64,000 nucleotides of DNA from Callorhinchus milii. Taxonomy: Eukaryota. Below are positions 1 to 12,330 of the stretch, piece by piece (position 1 is the stretch's first letter; each line of letters starts with the position of its first letter). The stretch spans positions 22,198,001 to 22,262,000 of the forward strand of contig NW_024704743.1 of assembly GCF_018977255.1 (NCBI RefSeq). The letters run 5' to 3'. The notes under the pieces were generated by a model, which worked only from the letters and a program-made list of their open reading frames with translations, made no database searches and was not told the origin of the DNA. The position numbers and the translations under genes are program-made.

Positions 1-171
1 CAATTGCGCACAGCAGTGTCCTACAAACAGTTACGGATTGAGTGACCAATTTATCATTATTATTATTTTTAAGGGATTATTATTCAAATGCAAGGATTAT
101 TATTATTATTATTCCCGGAAAAGCAATCAACCAATCAACTAGAAACCAAGTTTCTACTTGCTGCTGGGTAA

Positions 172-795
172 ACAACAACAACAACAATTTGGATTTATAT
201 AGGACCCTCCATGCCGGACGGCATCTCAGAGCGCTTCACAGGGGATCCCGGGGCCGAGCGAGGGGGAGGGGGAGGAAGCTGAGGACTTTGTTAGAGAGGG
301 AACGGACATTTTGAAGGGAAATGCGGGTGGGTTTGCTGGTGGAGGAGAAGGAGGAGAGTGTGATCCGGAAAGGATTTTAGGGTGTACAGGAGAGATGGTC
401 GTGGAGAATGGTGGGAGTGGGGAATTGGGGAGGGTACGTATGAGGGAGGGGGAAGTTGTGTTTGCCTTAAGGAGGCGATTTAAGTGGAGGGAGTGAATGA
501 TTGGACACTTGGGGTTGCTGCCCTGGGACAGCCAGTGTCTGGCGGAGGATGCCCAGGCTGGAACAGAGGGAAGTGATGATGGGGTCAAGGAGAGAAGGTG
601 GGAGAGAAGGACAGAGTGGGAGTAGCAGATAGAGGGGGGTGGGAGGAGAGACATTTAGAGTGAAGAGGGAGGCTCGGGTCGGGGCGGCAGCCAAAAGAGT
701 ATGCAGAGACCGGGAGCGAGCCATCAGTGGGATGGCATCAGCCCTCAGGCTGTGTGATCATGGCTGGGATGGCAGTGACAAGATCTGCCAGGCCA
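172..795 (-). mobile_element. L2 fragment with 3' tail
   Basis: The tail matches that of the element at 44495, and the body resembles the L2 linker region at 45600-46200. Confidence 0.7.
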
Positions 796-959
796 TTTGT
801 TTTTGTGTGTGGAGTAAGGAAACTTGCCCAAAGTTTCACCCCACCAGGGGTTCCTCTCTCTTGCGAGGCGAATGTTCTAACCACTAAGCTACAGGATTCC
901 ATGAAAGGCGCTATATCAAATGTAAATGTAAATTTTATTGTATTGTTCAGCTACTTCCT

Positions 960-1450
960 CAGATATCCCTTCCTTCATTTGAAGTCATTGTGATGTACCA
1001 ATTTCAGAAGCAAACACATCTGAATACCTTAGGGTATCGTCTGCATGCTGAGCCATTTGTCTCACTGTCTGAAAGGTCAAAATAGTTGCTGTAGGAGTCA
1101 CAAACTGAATTCATCAGAAACAAGGATTTATTTTATTCACCAGAAATGGACTAAACTTTCTTTGTCCTGAAAGGCACCGGATCAGACCCTGCTCTCCATT
1201 AATAAGACCAAAGCTAAATATATAAAAGGCATGTTAGAGTCTTGCACACATTTGCTAGATGAAGTGCTGGAATAAGTCACAAGCTCAACACAGGGTTCTG
1301 CTTCTTGAGGCAAAAATTATAAAGATAAAGTATGGAAGTGTTAAATTCTTCATGCGATGTGAGGCTTTTATGGTAATTTTCTAAAGAACACCTCTCTTAA
1401 CGATGGAGCACATACTTTGCTGTCAGACTCTTTCACGCTTCATTTGTCAA
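960..1450 (-). pseudogene. Decayed ecto-ADP-ribosyltransferase (ART) catalytic-exon remnant A
   Basis: Motifs in order across frameshifts: LENYH, HEEFNTSI (ART Y..FN.AV), PFIYLALVLL (F.Y.SL..LL), IQFVTPTAT (VRFG.F.STS region), TLRYSDVFASE. The 5' side is cut by an unclassified repeat. Confidence 0.45.
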
Positions 1451-1459
1451 ACGACCAAC

Positions 1460-2080
1460 TAGTGACTATTCTCCTGGGGGTGGGGGGGGAGGTAAGCTGG
1501 ATCTCCTAGAAGCTGAACTGGCTCCAAGGTGACATGCCTGGCAATGAAATGTTGGAATCCAGCCAGCCCTCTGTGGCAGTCTCGGTTGTCCAGCTCCTGA
1601 GCCAGGCGGGTCAGCAGTATTCCAGGGCATTGCTGATGACAGCATAGCCAGCCTGGCTCACTGGCAGGACTTGGAAGGGCTGACCAGACACTGAGGCAAG
1701 GAGTCATCCCACTCAGCTCCTGTTAACCCTGCAAGCCAAAGCTCTAACAGGTTGTGTGTTCCTAGCTGGACAAACAGCGGGAAAGCTTGCCAGACAGCAA
1801 TATCAATGGCAAGCTATGAGGTTTTAGCTGGTTAGACTCCAGCAGTACCCCAATGCACACTCTGAGGTCTCCAAGCCTTGGCTCTTGCTAACCTGCGCCT
1901 AATACTTTCCGGAATTAGGTAAGCGGGATGTGTCCCTCCAGGGAGAGGGTGCGCATTCCAGTCCAACAATCTATTTCTGGGACTTGCACATGTAGGTGGG
2001 ATGCAAGGAAATCTAAGCTTGGTTTGGATACTCTTAAGCATGGTGATGGGTTCCCTCATGTGTCAGACACTTGGCTGACC
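1460..2080 (-). repeat. Unclassified dispersed repeat with coding-like frame (other pieces at about 3890-4080, 22960-23165, 32540-32670, 37110-37400, 53080-53240, 53660-53900)
   Basis: Shared sequence such as cctgcttacctaattccggaaagtat...gcaagagccaagg, and similar translations in ORFs 1832..2059 / 53752..53985 and 1459..1707 / 37110..37484. Confidence 0.75.
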
Positions 2081-3129
2081 AAAATAAAAAAGAATTAATA
2101 CAAAAGCTGTATAAATTGGCACCGAGTGTCATACTCACAAAATATTGAGTGAGCAACACAGAGAATTGATGTTCAGGGCACAAGCAAGTGACGGTGACAA
2201 ATGACTTTGTGAGCAAAGTTGTGTGGAGAAAATGTAGTTCACCTACAAAATACAATCAGCACCATTTCTCCTATATCCTGTGAAATGTTTTGAGACATCC
2301 TCCTGACGTGAAAGACACTTTATGTAATGATAACAATAATCCTTGTAATTGATTTAGCAACTGTTGAGAAGTCAGTCTCAAAGTGCTTCACAGGATATAC
2401 TGTGAAGTGTAGTGACTGTGTAGGTAAATGTGGTAGGTAATTTGCTCACAGCAGTTTCCCACAAACAGCCATGAAGTGAATGACCGATTATATTGGGGGA
2501 TTGTTGGCCAGAACAGAAGGAGCAACTCCCTTCTCTTTTTGAGAAGCGGGATCTTTTGGCCATCCTTCACCCCCTCCCCCCAGCATCTTCAGCTTCTATC
2601 CCCCCAGCACAGGTGCCCAGCCAGTTGTATGATGCTCCAGTTGAGGCAGCAAAGTGTGGGTGGGGGGGCGACTGTTTGGTCCTGTGTACCAGGATTAGAG
2701 AGGGAATTCAGGCAGGTTTCTGCAACCTGATCACTATCTCCAGTGACATCTACGGGACGTTGCCCGTATTGGTGGACACCAGGGGAGGGCGTGACTGGGC
2801 TTGGCTGTGATGCCCTCCATGTTCGCATCACTTGCAAATCAATCACACCTGAACAGTGGCTACTAAGGCGAGGTGCTGGGTGGCATCTGTAAAAGGGAAA
2901 AAAGGACTCAATGGCAGAGGAGGAGTGGAGGGGAGAAAACTGGAGGAGAAAAAATAAGCAAAAAAAATTATGCAAATGCTGATAATATGTTGTACAAAGT
3001 TATTGCATTGCAGGAATGAGCACTGCTTGGAGGTTGTTATATGTAATTTGTAAGACACGTGGAATGTTTGGAGAGCTGAAATGTAGAAGCACATTGTGAT
3101 TTCAAGCTGAATCAAATCTTCTGAGAGAT

Positions 3130-3685
3130 TCATTGGCCAGATTCCTGGCTTTTTGGATGGATTCTGACTGTCTATCATGCATTTTCACATGGTTAGTATC
3201 CTGGCACTTTCAGATGATTGATTGCTGACTGTGCTCATGTATAAGGCACTTTGTATTATTAACATCTGGCTTGTTGGCCAGATTGAATCTAAAAATGGAT
3301 GTCATCTCTTCGCTTGATGGCACAAGAATCAATTACCTTAGGTATTTGTGTTCCATTATCCCACAAGGATGAAATTATCTACTCAGATCCATTAAATGTA
3401 GTCAGAAAAGCACCCATTACAATAATGACAGTATATGCTGTTTTAATGTGGAGGATGGGAGGACAATCTCACATTAAACTTCTACATAACACAAGGTATT
3501 GGCCAGTAAATGCAACATCTGGTAGGGTTGATTTCAATCTGTTTTGATATTCCTCAAATTATAAGCAAATTGGAAGCACAACCTTGTAGTAATCTCCTAT
3601 CACAAATATACAGTAAATTAATTGCTGTTTTTAGTGACCAGAGGAAGATGGAGTTTTATGCATCAGTTATTCTCTATCTCTGTAG
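3130..3685 (+). pseudogene. Decayed ART remnant B
   Basis: PGTF-DD*..DC at about 3200-3230 (PNSFDDQY.GC), IYSDPLNVVR, GRVDFNLF*YSS at 3521-3556 (G..VRFGQF.SSS), KQIGSTTL at 3563-3586 (..FG..TLF), PEEDGVL at 3638-3658 (PEEDEVL). Truncated by a SINE. Confidence 0.65.
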
Positions 3686-4519
3686 TAATAATAATAATCC
3701 TTGCATTTGATATAGCGCTTTTCACATCTTCTAGACGTCTCAAAGTGCTTCACAGAACATACTGTAAAGTGAATTGACTGTATATTTGTGGGCGAAACGC
3801 GGCAGCCAATTGCGCACAGCAGTGTCCCACAAACAGTCGTGGATTGAGTGACCAAATTGTTATTGGTTTTTTTTCTTGAGGGATTATTATGCCAACCTGC
3901 GCCTAATAATTTCTGGAATAGGGTAAGCAGGTTGCGTCTGTTCAAGGAAAGTGTGCTTTCCATTCCAGACACATGGACATTTCCATGTGTGGGTGGCACA
4001 CATATGTGGAATTCTCAGTTTGGTGTGGATGCTCTTTAGCACGGTGATGGGTTTCCATGTGTATCAAACACCTGCCTCTTCAAATACAAAGTTCCTCCCT
4101 CATCTAAATTCACCCTAAAACAATTTTTTGCCCATATTCGTCAGACTCCACTGGCTCTCTCTCTTGCTCTGTGGATCTATATCAAAATGCTTCTTTTAAC
4201 TTTCATGCTCTTACCCCAACTGCATTGCTGCCCACTCAGTACATTCTAACTCAGACTTGCTGCACATCCCCTTGCCACCACCCCATGCCTGGCGGGTGAG
4301 CTTTCAGTCACCCCTGCCTCTCAAATCCCTCCACCTCCCTCTCAGTTTTTAAAACTCTTTTAAAACCTACTGCTTTGACTGTCACTTGTCACCTCCATAC
4401 TATACCCAATCTCCCATCCTGGTTGAGCTCCCACTCAGTCCTTGTGAAGCACTTCAAGATCGTCTAAGTGAAAGTTATTTTTGCTTCCTATGTGACGTTG
4501 CTTCCTTATGATTAGAATT

Positions 4520-5000
4520 AAGATTAAAGTGGCCAAATAAAGAAACCTTTAAAAGATTTACGGCTAGCTGTCAATTTTGGCGTTAGATTTGGCTTTACAT
4601 TTAAAATATTTCATTATTTCTCTGTAGAGGTCCCTGTAAGGCCAACAAACTAGGATTACATTTGTGTAATGAGAACATGATAGAGCTTATGAAAAGGCCA
4701 CACTGATCTCAGTATCAAATTATACTGGACCAGGTCCAGACTTATCCAATTTAAGTATAAAGGAAGCAACCAAAACCAAAGGGCATCAGCCTTTACAGTG
4801 GAAATAATCGGGTCAGTTTTGTGTGTCTTTTAATATTACAGGAAATCCAAGAGAATTTCCATGTGGTAACCAGAAATATATCACCTATGTCACTCTGACG
4901 TAAAACCCCTCGCTGAAAATAAAATGAGTGGAAGCAATCAGAAATATGAACTTCTGGATTTCATGATTAAAAAAATGTTGCAAAGTTATACATTTTGTCA
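4520..5000 (+). pseudogene. Decayed ART remnant C
   Basis: FTFKIFHYF at 4594-4620 matches the ART F.FK.FHY/F motif. It is followed in order by RAY.KG (VYRG), LIQFK (IRF) and RNISPMSL (NI..YS). The 5' part is replaced by an L2 remnant. Confidence 0.5.
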
Positions 5001-5244
5001 GGAAGTTATACAGTAGCTCAATAACTCCATCCCACTGACTCGCCCCTTCCCTCGCTTCTTTCAAAGTCCATCTCAAGACTTACCTCTTCGACAGCGCCTT
5101 TAGTCATCTTTCCCATATCTCCCCCCACCCCCCACTCTACTCACACCCCCAGTTCAGGTGTCAAGCCAGGACTGCCAAGTGCATTGGGATGTCCTCCCGA
5201 CGTGAAAGGCACCATATAAATGTAACTCTGTATTGAATTGTCCA

Positions 5245-5840
5245 GTGCCTATTGACGCACTGCATATGATGGTGAGACACACAGTCACAGTGAAGAATAA
5301 GCTAGCTGATATTCAGAAAGCGGTTTTTTTTCTAATTAGTTTTCATGTGTTGTTTGCTGCTTTTATGGATCTAATTCACCAAAGCGCAAGACCAAGAATA
5401 TGAATACCACAGTCTGGTCTCACCAAAACAGACAGTATCTGCCTCTCAGTCAACTGACTTTGCATGTCTATTATAATTATATCATTAATTATTATTATTA
5501 TATAACAACTTTTGTGTGATCTTTAATCTGCTTGCTGAATGGGGAAGCTGTATATTGAATGATTTCTGTGGTTCCATCAGCCTGTGAGAAAGGAGCTGCT
5601 CCCGATGTCCTTGCCAATAATCCTCCAGATAAATTAGTCGTTTATTTCACGGCTGTTAATTGGGACGTAGCTGTGTGGAAAGTCCTGCTGCTTTTGCCTA
5701 CAAGCTTTTCACTATATTTGCCAGTAATATATCTTGAGATGGTTCACCATTATAGGTGTCACATCAAATGCAAGAATTTTATGAGAATGCAAACTGCTTC
5801 TTTGCAGCAAAACATGCAAGAGCCCTCCTGGGCTGTGTGC
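5245..5840 (-). pseudogene. Decayed ART remnant D
   Basis: LAFDVTP (LDMAP), YITGKYSEKL, EDYWQG, IIQYTASP, LRFGEL at 5372-5389 (VRFGQF), PLSEY, VSPSYAVRQ (LIPPYEVFQ), in ART order with stops and frameshifts. Confidence 0.55.
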
Positions 5841-5856
5841 TGAGATGCAGAGAAAG

Positions 5857-6260
5857 CACAACAACAACTTGCATTTATATAGTGCCCTACACGCGGGGGT
5901 AAGGTCCCGGAGTGTTTGACAGTGGTGGAGTCTAACACCAAGCTGGGGGAGAGGGAGGGGACAGGTGACTGTAATCACAATCAAAAGGAAGGACTTTAGG
6001 TGGGATTGAGGGAGAGAGTTCCAGAGTTTTGGGGTGTAGTGGCTGAAGGCACGGCCACCGATGGTGGAGCAGATGGGATGAGGGACGAACAGGAGGCCGG
6101 AGCCAGCCGAACAGAGGCAGCAGGTGTTGGAGTGGGGCGTAAGCAAATCGGACAGGTAGGGAGGGGTGAGGGTATGAAGGGATTTAAAAACGATTGAAAG
6201 GATCTTGAAATCGATCAGTTTGGGGGCCAGTGGAGCCTGACAAGGACTGGTGTGATGGGG
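5857..6260 (-). mobile_element. L2 3' fragment
   Basis: IDFKILSIVFKSLH.LTPPYLSDLL...GGRAFSHYTPKLWNSLP plus tail. Confidence 0.88.
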
Positions 6261-8391
6261 GTATGGAGTTTTGTGCGGCTGGCACAATACAAGTGTATGG
6301 TTGTGAGCTGAACGTAGTGTATGTTGTTGCATGAAATAATTTTGAGCGGCTATTTCCACACTTCATCCTGCGCTAGCTACGTCTGCATTCAAGTCAAATG
6401 GAAACATTATTATTTTGTAATACAACAATCCTTATTGCCTTATTCACATCATCGAGATATCTCAAAGCACTTCACAAGATTTATACTAAAGTGAGGTAGG
6501 TGCCTGTGAATTTGTAGGCGAACGTGGTAACTGATTTATGCACAGAAATATTCCACAGACCCAATCCACGACTGTTTGTGGGACATTGCGCAAGTGCTCC
6601 GTTCGTTCTGCATGGCCTCTTTTGCGGTCAGGGGAGTTTTAAACAAGAGTCCATTTGACTCCTGAAAAGTATTTTTAAGTGGACCAAGAAAAGAAAAATG
6701 GCAAAATATAACTCAAGTTAAATTATTAATTTTCTTCCCAATACACACACAAACACAACATAGATATGCGAACACACACAACACAGATACACACAGCAAA
6801 ACACACCACTATACAGATATGCACACAACACAGATACACACACACACCCGCATATAAATATACAGCGCTCACCTCGCAAGCGAGAGGACCTGGGTTTGAT
6901 TCCCAGCAGGGAGAAACGTTGTGCAAGTTTCCGTACCCACACGCCTCAGTTTACCTAACTGTAAAGGGAACCCGGTTGTTAGTCGATTGGTGGATCGATT
7001 TTCCAGGGATAATAATTCCTCCAAAAAAGAATAATAATAGTAATTTGCTCAGTTAATCCTTAACTGTTTGTGGGACAATTGACTGCAGTGTTTTGCCCAC
7101 AAAATATACAGTCAATTCACTTTATGGGTGTAAAGAGACGCCTCAAAGACGTGATAAGGTGCTATATCAAATACAAGGATTATTATTACATTATATATTA
7201 TATTATTATATTGTCCACATTAATAGGCACATAAAACCAACTCAGTTCCAACTCAGACTATAAGTTCTAAGACTCAACGTAGGGTTTTGAATCCACAACC
7301 GTCTGACTCAGAGGAGAGAGTTTTACCAACTGATCCAGGCTGACGTCTTTAATTAGTCCTCTAAAAAAAATCCTGTTAATTTGTTCCTTCCTGATTATCT
7401 TTCAGGTTTGGGGTTTTGCTGCTAACTTCAGAATACAGTGATCCAAACACTTTGTAAAATCAATTTATAACTGCTTCAGTCAGGGATAATTTCAAGCTTA
7501 GTACCCCAAAACGATCTACTCAGACAATCCTGATTGATTTTTTTAGGGATAGATATATAGAACAAAATGGAATCATAGAATGTTCCAGCACAGGATCCTC
7601 CCATTGGTATCTATTTAGTCCTACTCTCCTGTGTTTTCGCCATACACTTTTATATTTTTCCTTTTTAAATGTATGTTGAGTTTCGTTTATAAAAGCTATT
7701 ATTGATTATGCTTCAGTCATCCTCTATGTTAAGAAATTCTATGTCCTAAATAACCTTTTGTGTAAAAATAAATTTTCCTAGTATCTCCATTTGCTCTCTT
7801 TGTAACACTCTCATAAAATATATTAATTCTAGTCACTGATCAGTGAAAATTATTTCTCCCTATTTAGCTTATCAAAACACACCATAATGTTGAACACCTC
7901 TGTGATATCTCCTCTCAATCTTCTCCATTTTAGTGAAAACAGCCCAGTTTCTCTAAGCTTTCCTTTGAGTGATTCAAGAGCTAGGTCGTGTCTAAGTTTA
8001 ATGATCGCCCTGAAGTTATTTACAAAGATTTACAAATAATGTGCAGCATGGAAAAAGGCCACTCTGGTCCACCGGTGCGTTCCAGTGTTTGTACTCTACA
8101 CGAGCCTTCACTCATTCCTTACTCCTTCCCATACTTTAAGTTAGGAGCCTGGTTGTTGGTCGACTGATGGATCACTTTTCCGGGGTAATAATTCCTTCAA
8201 AAAAATAATAATAATAAATTGGTCACTTCAATCCATGACTGTTTGTGGGACACTGCTGGTCGCAATTGGCTGCCACGTTTCGCCCACAAAATATACAGTC
8301 AATTCATTTTACAATATATTCTGTGAAGCCTTTGGGACGTCTCAATAACGAGATAAGACCCTATATCAAATGCAAGGATTATTATTATTAT

Positions 8392-8538
8392 AACAAAAAC
8401 AGAAGTCGCTGGGAACACTCAGCAGGTCAGGCAGCATCTATTCCTTTCTCCATAGATACTGCCTGACCTGCTGAGTGTTCCCAGCGACTTCTGTTTTTGT
8501 TTTCAGATTTCCAGCATCTGCAGTATTTTGTGTTTTGT
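8392..8538. repeat. Palindromic repeat element: 50-bp inverted arms (1 mismatch), 10-nt loop; relatives at about 10520-10720 and 55950-56105
   Basis: Arms at 8392-8441 and 8452-8501 are reverse complements. The element is inserted into a SINE (ATT)n tail. Confidence 0.9.
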
Positions 8539-9429
8539 TATTATTATTATACCCTTCTATTCCCGTCTCCCTCGAGTGAAGGTCTAGCTTCCTCTGACTG
8601 CATCTAAACTATCTGATTCAACTACTGCTTCAGTCAGTGAGTTCCAAAATCTCACTACCGTCTGCGTGAAGTCGTTCCTCCTGGGTTTTTGATCTCCTGA
8701 CAAGTCACTATCTTATACTTGTGTTCACTGACTATGGTCTCAAGACAGCCTACTTATGCTAACCCTTTTGTACCATTTTATAATTTTAAATGCCTTTTAG
8801 GTCTATTAGGTCCACTCTTAAATGACTCTTTAATGAAAAAAAGCCGACAATTGATCAAGCCAAGAAAACAAATATTAGATAAAAAGTAAGTTAGAAGTCA
8901 CCCCCACTGACTATACATTACATTTAAAAAAGATAAACAATATGACATTTGAGTGTCAATTCATAGGTCATGGTAAACATATCTTTATATGATTTATAAA
9001 CTACATTGTGCTAAAAATGATGCATAGTCTTTCTCTCTCCCAAACAATACAGATATTAAATTATTTTTCTTGAAAACAATAAATCTTATTGGTCAATAGG
9101 TCATTTTTATGACTCCTGTGCTCAAGGCAGAAAGATTTAAACGGGTGTAAGAGAAGGAGAAATAATTAAAGCAAAAAGGGCAGAATTTCAATGCAGCCCT
9201 AAGCTTCTTCCTTTCTAGGCTAAAGGTTTGGTAAAAGTGATAAACTTTCAATAACATTTTTTTAATAAAAAATATTTTTTTTTGGTAAAGTGATAAACTT
9301 CATCCAACAGGTTACAATGTCCATTATGTATAAAAGATTAATGAGGATCTGAAGTTGTACTTCAATTGCTTTTCAATTCTTCTGTGTTGCAAAGAATGAA
9401 TCCCAATAATGTCTGGGAAACAGAAAGTG

Positions 9430-9956
9430 TCTTTAGTCAAAACAATTCCTCAACATCTCATAATTGTTTGCCGTATGTGGAAATAATACTCTTACCACAT
9501 TACTGTATCTCAAAACAAAACTAATTATGTTAATGTAGCACATGGCTCTCATATTCGGTCTAATTAAATATTCTGATATGTTGGACTTTCCTGAGACTAA
9601 TCCAAGAAAGAACGTGCACATATATCTCAATATGTTGTGTTCAAATATCCAGTCAGCTAATTATTCCACTTGTCAAATATATGACAAGTGGAATCATTAG
9701 TTGACTGGCTATAAATATGTACATGATAATCTTCAGCTGTAGTTTCTGACATTACACCCTTTTTTTTCATCCCAATTTTTTTCCCTCCTGCCGTCCACTT
9801 CTGAAGATGTTTGACTCTTCTTTTCCTTGGACGAGGGTATGGTTCCACACGGATCCCCGCAGAACCTTGCTGTTATTCACCTGTGAACCATGCATACACA
9901 AGATTCTTGTGTTTAACTCAACTAGTCTCAAAAGTAATGAGCCAGCATGTAACGTG
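9430..9956 (-). pseudogene. Decayed ART remnant E
   Basis: Strong acceptor ttttccttatctag at 9957. Then NLVYAWFTG (NSVDDQF.GC), EESNIFRSGRQEGKK/W (E..N..F...W..A...W), EDYH...STNDSTCHIFDKWNN (H.....YT......Y..FN), TFFLGLVSGKSNISEY (TFF.I..C.G.NI..YS). Confidence 0.6.
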
Positions 9957-10150
9957 CTAGATAAGGAAAATAGCCCTATCCTAGTTATTTCTTGGCAATG
10001 TGACAGTACAAGAAGCTCATTTGTTTTTCCAGCTGTGTGCCTGTCTACTTGTCAAAGTCGATAATGACAGTGACTGGGAATGAAACTATAATAGATGCAT
10101 GTGTATCAAAGTCACAGAGACAACAGGCCCTGTACAATACAGATACTTAC

Positions 10151-10500
10151 CTTCCACATCTTATCAGAACAGAAACTTCCCCATAACCAAAGGAGATTGA
10201 TCCTAAGAGAATACCAGCATTGTTTCAGCCCCTGCTCCAACAGTTCCCCAGAGTCAATAGTTTCTGGGAACATTGAAAAAAAATTACCCTGCGATTCTTG
10301 ACCAATCTGTTTTTGGTGTCAATCATAACTTAAAATCTGATTGTTTGCAGCTTTTCTGTGTTTTTTTTAAGGATTTCCAGCCTTCGTGACTTTTCGTTTT
10401 ATCTCTACAAAATGTTCTTTCAGGGCCATTTGTTCTTTCGAATAATAAAACAGCACGTTTTTCGCTCAAGTAAATATACTGATCAAAACTCAGCTTCCTG
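10151..10500 (-). pseudogene. Heavily deleted ART remnant F and/or first coding mini-exon (MWK) of remnant E
   Basis: LSFDQY (SFDDQY), HEGWKS, IDTK...FFSMFPE (I.T..G..I..FS.FPE). Ends at a perfect donor AAG|gtaagt at 10151. Confidence 0.35.
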
Positions 10501-10724
10501 AACGGGTTAACAGGCCATACAACAAAAACAGAGATCACTTAAACACTCAAAAGGCACTATCTATGGAGAAAGGAAAGTGGGTCAACATTTCGGATCCTTG
10601 ACCCTTTGGATTTGAAACTTTGACTCACTTTCCTTTCTTCCTTTCAGCCTGACCTGCTGAGTGTTCCCAAAGATCTCTGTTTTTGTTTCAGATTTCCAGC
10701 ATCTGTAGTATTTTGCAAATTTAT

Positions 10725-10881
10725 TTAACAGGTCATAATGTTTGTTCAGTTCTTGCTCAGCACAACATACTTCTTTGAACTCAGGAGGTTCCTCGGTTGT
10801 TCCAAAGAGATTTTTTTCACAAATAGCAAGTCAGTTTCCTGCTTAGAGAAACTTTCTTTCCTCTGCCGTTTGTACGATGAC
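10725..10881 (-). pseudogene. Degenerate Myb/SANT-like (Harbinger ORF1 / NAIF1-TSNARE1 type) domain relic
   Basis: KRQRKESFSKQETDLL, then after a frameshift LFGTTEEPP...EQELNKHYDL. This resembles RK..F...E...L....LFG....E.KK.Y.DL. Confidence 0.4.
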
Positions 10882-11779
10882 CTTTAAGGTGATCATCTTT
10901 TGTAACAAAATGCTGGGACACATATATATAAAATAAACCTGAACTCACCAAAATCACTGATGTTCTGCAGTTACTGGAGAAGTTTGTTGGATTAAATGCT
11001 GCATTTCTCTGATGAGTGTAGCTGTTTTAGAATTTAGTTGCTCTTGCGCATTTTGTTGCTGAACTCGAGTCTGGGCAAATTTTGCCCCAGGGACACAATA
11101 CCTCATCTGGGACTGTCCTTGGAAATAATAATAATAATAATAATCCTTGCATTTGATATAGCGCTTTTCACGTCGGGAGAACGTCCCAAAGCGCTTCACA
11201 GAACACACTGTAAAGTGAATTGACTGTATATTTGTGGGCGAACGCGGCAGCCAATTGCACACAGCAATGTCCCACAAACAGTCGTAGATGAAAATGACCA
11301 ATTTATTATTGTTTTTGGTTTTGGAGGGATTATTATTAGGCTCTGTGTGGAGTAAGGAAACTTGCCCAAGGTTTCGCCCTGACCTGCCTGGAATTGAACT
11401 TAGGTCTCTCACTTGCAAAGCGAGTGCTCTAACCACTGAGCTACAGGACTCCACAAATCAGGTGGTATGGTCATCCTATCTATGGTGGTCCATTATATCT
11501 CTACTGTTTGAAGCCCTTTTCCATTGGCAAAATGATGTGCCGTTGGACACATCGGAAACATCGGAGACATGTACAAAAAGTTGCAAATTTCATGGCTGAA
11601 TCCATCACTATCCCTGCAATCAGTTCTTTATTTAATATGGGTGGGGGTGGGATGTAATATGGTGCTCCATGCGCAATTCAGATTCCTCATTAGAGATTTC
11701 CATTAAGATATATCTCAGTTTAGACCCTTACATTATGTCTGTGCAAATAGGTTTACGAGAAAGATTCAGATGAAGAATG

Positions 11780-12330
11780 ACCTTTGGCCCATTTGATCTC
11801 AATCCTATTGTCTACTTATCACAGGATGATGCAGTTTGTGAAACCCCAGCCCCTCTCCCTGGTAACCTGTTCCGGCTGTGTGAAGAAATACATGTATTCC
11901 ATCTGGAATAGAAAACCCTGAGTTAATCAAACACTTGATGCTTTACCTACCTCTCTGCCCTTATCCTTCTACATGACGTTTGCAATCAATTGTGCCCTGT
12001 TGCTTGAGTAACACTGTGTCATTTCGCATAGATAGTATTAAACCTAAAGAGAGATACTCCATCTGTTAGATTCTTATTTAATTTCTACACCAAAATTGAA
12101 ATGTGTTCTAAATATAGTATGCGGTGTACGCTCATCATCGCTTGCTACATTGATCGTAACGTGTGGCAAATGTATTCTCCTTCCCATTCATTCTCTTTGG
12201 GCTCAAATAACATTTGAGATCTGCGGTGTTACAGAGCAAAATAAAGACAGCATTGCTCCTCAATCCTTGTCACTTGACCTGTGGAATAAAGGAAGATGTG
12301 AGTTTTTCTGTCGAACTCAGGATTGAATTT
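11780..12330 (+). pseudogene. Decayed ART remnant G
   Basis: PFDLNP..SQDDAVC (PLDMAPNSFDDQY.GC), MYSIWNR, FTYLSALILLHDVCNQL (F.Y.SLHFLLTDA...L), CHFA*, GVRSSSLATLIVTCG, TFEICGVT, GRCEFFC, all in the correct order. Confidence 0.6.

Noticed and set aside
10954..11454. Many short ORFs containing NIQSIHFTV / [10 protein letters not shown] or [13 protein letters not shown]
   Set aside because: These are chance translations of the abundant SINE, not a protein family.
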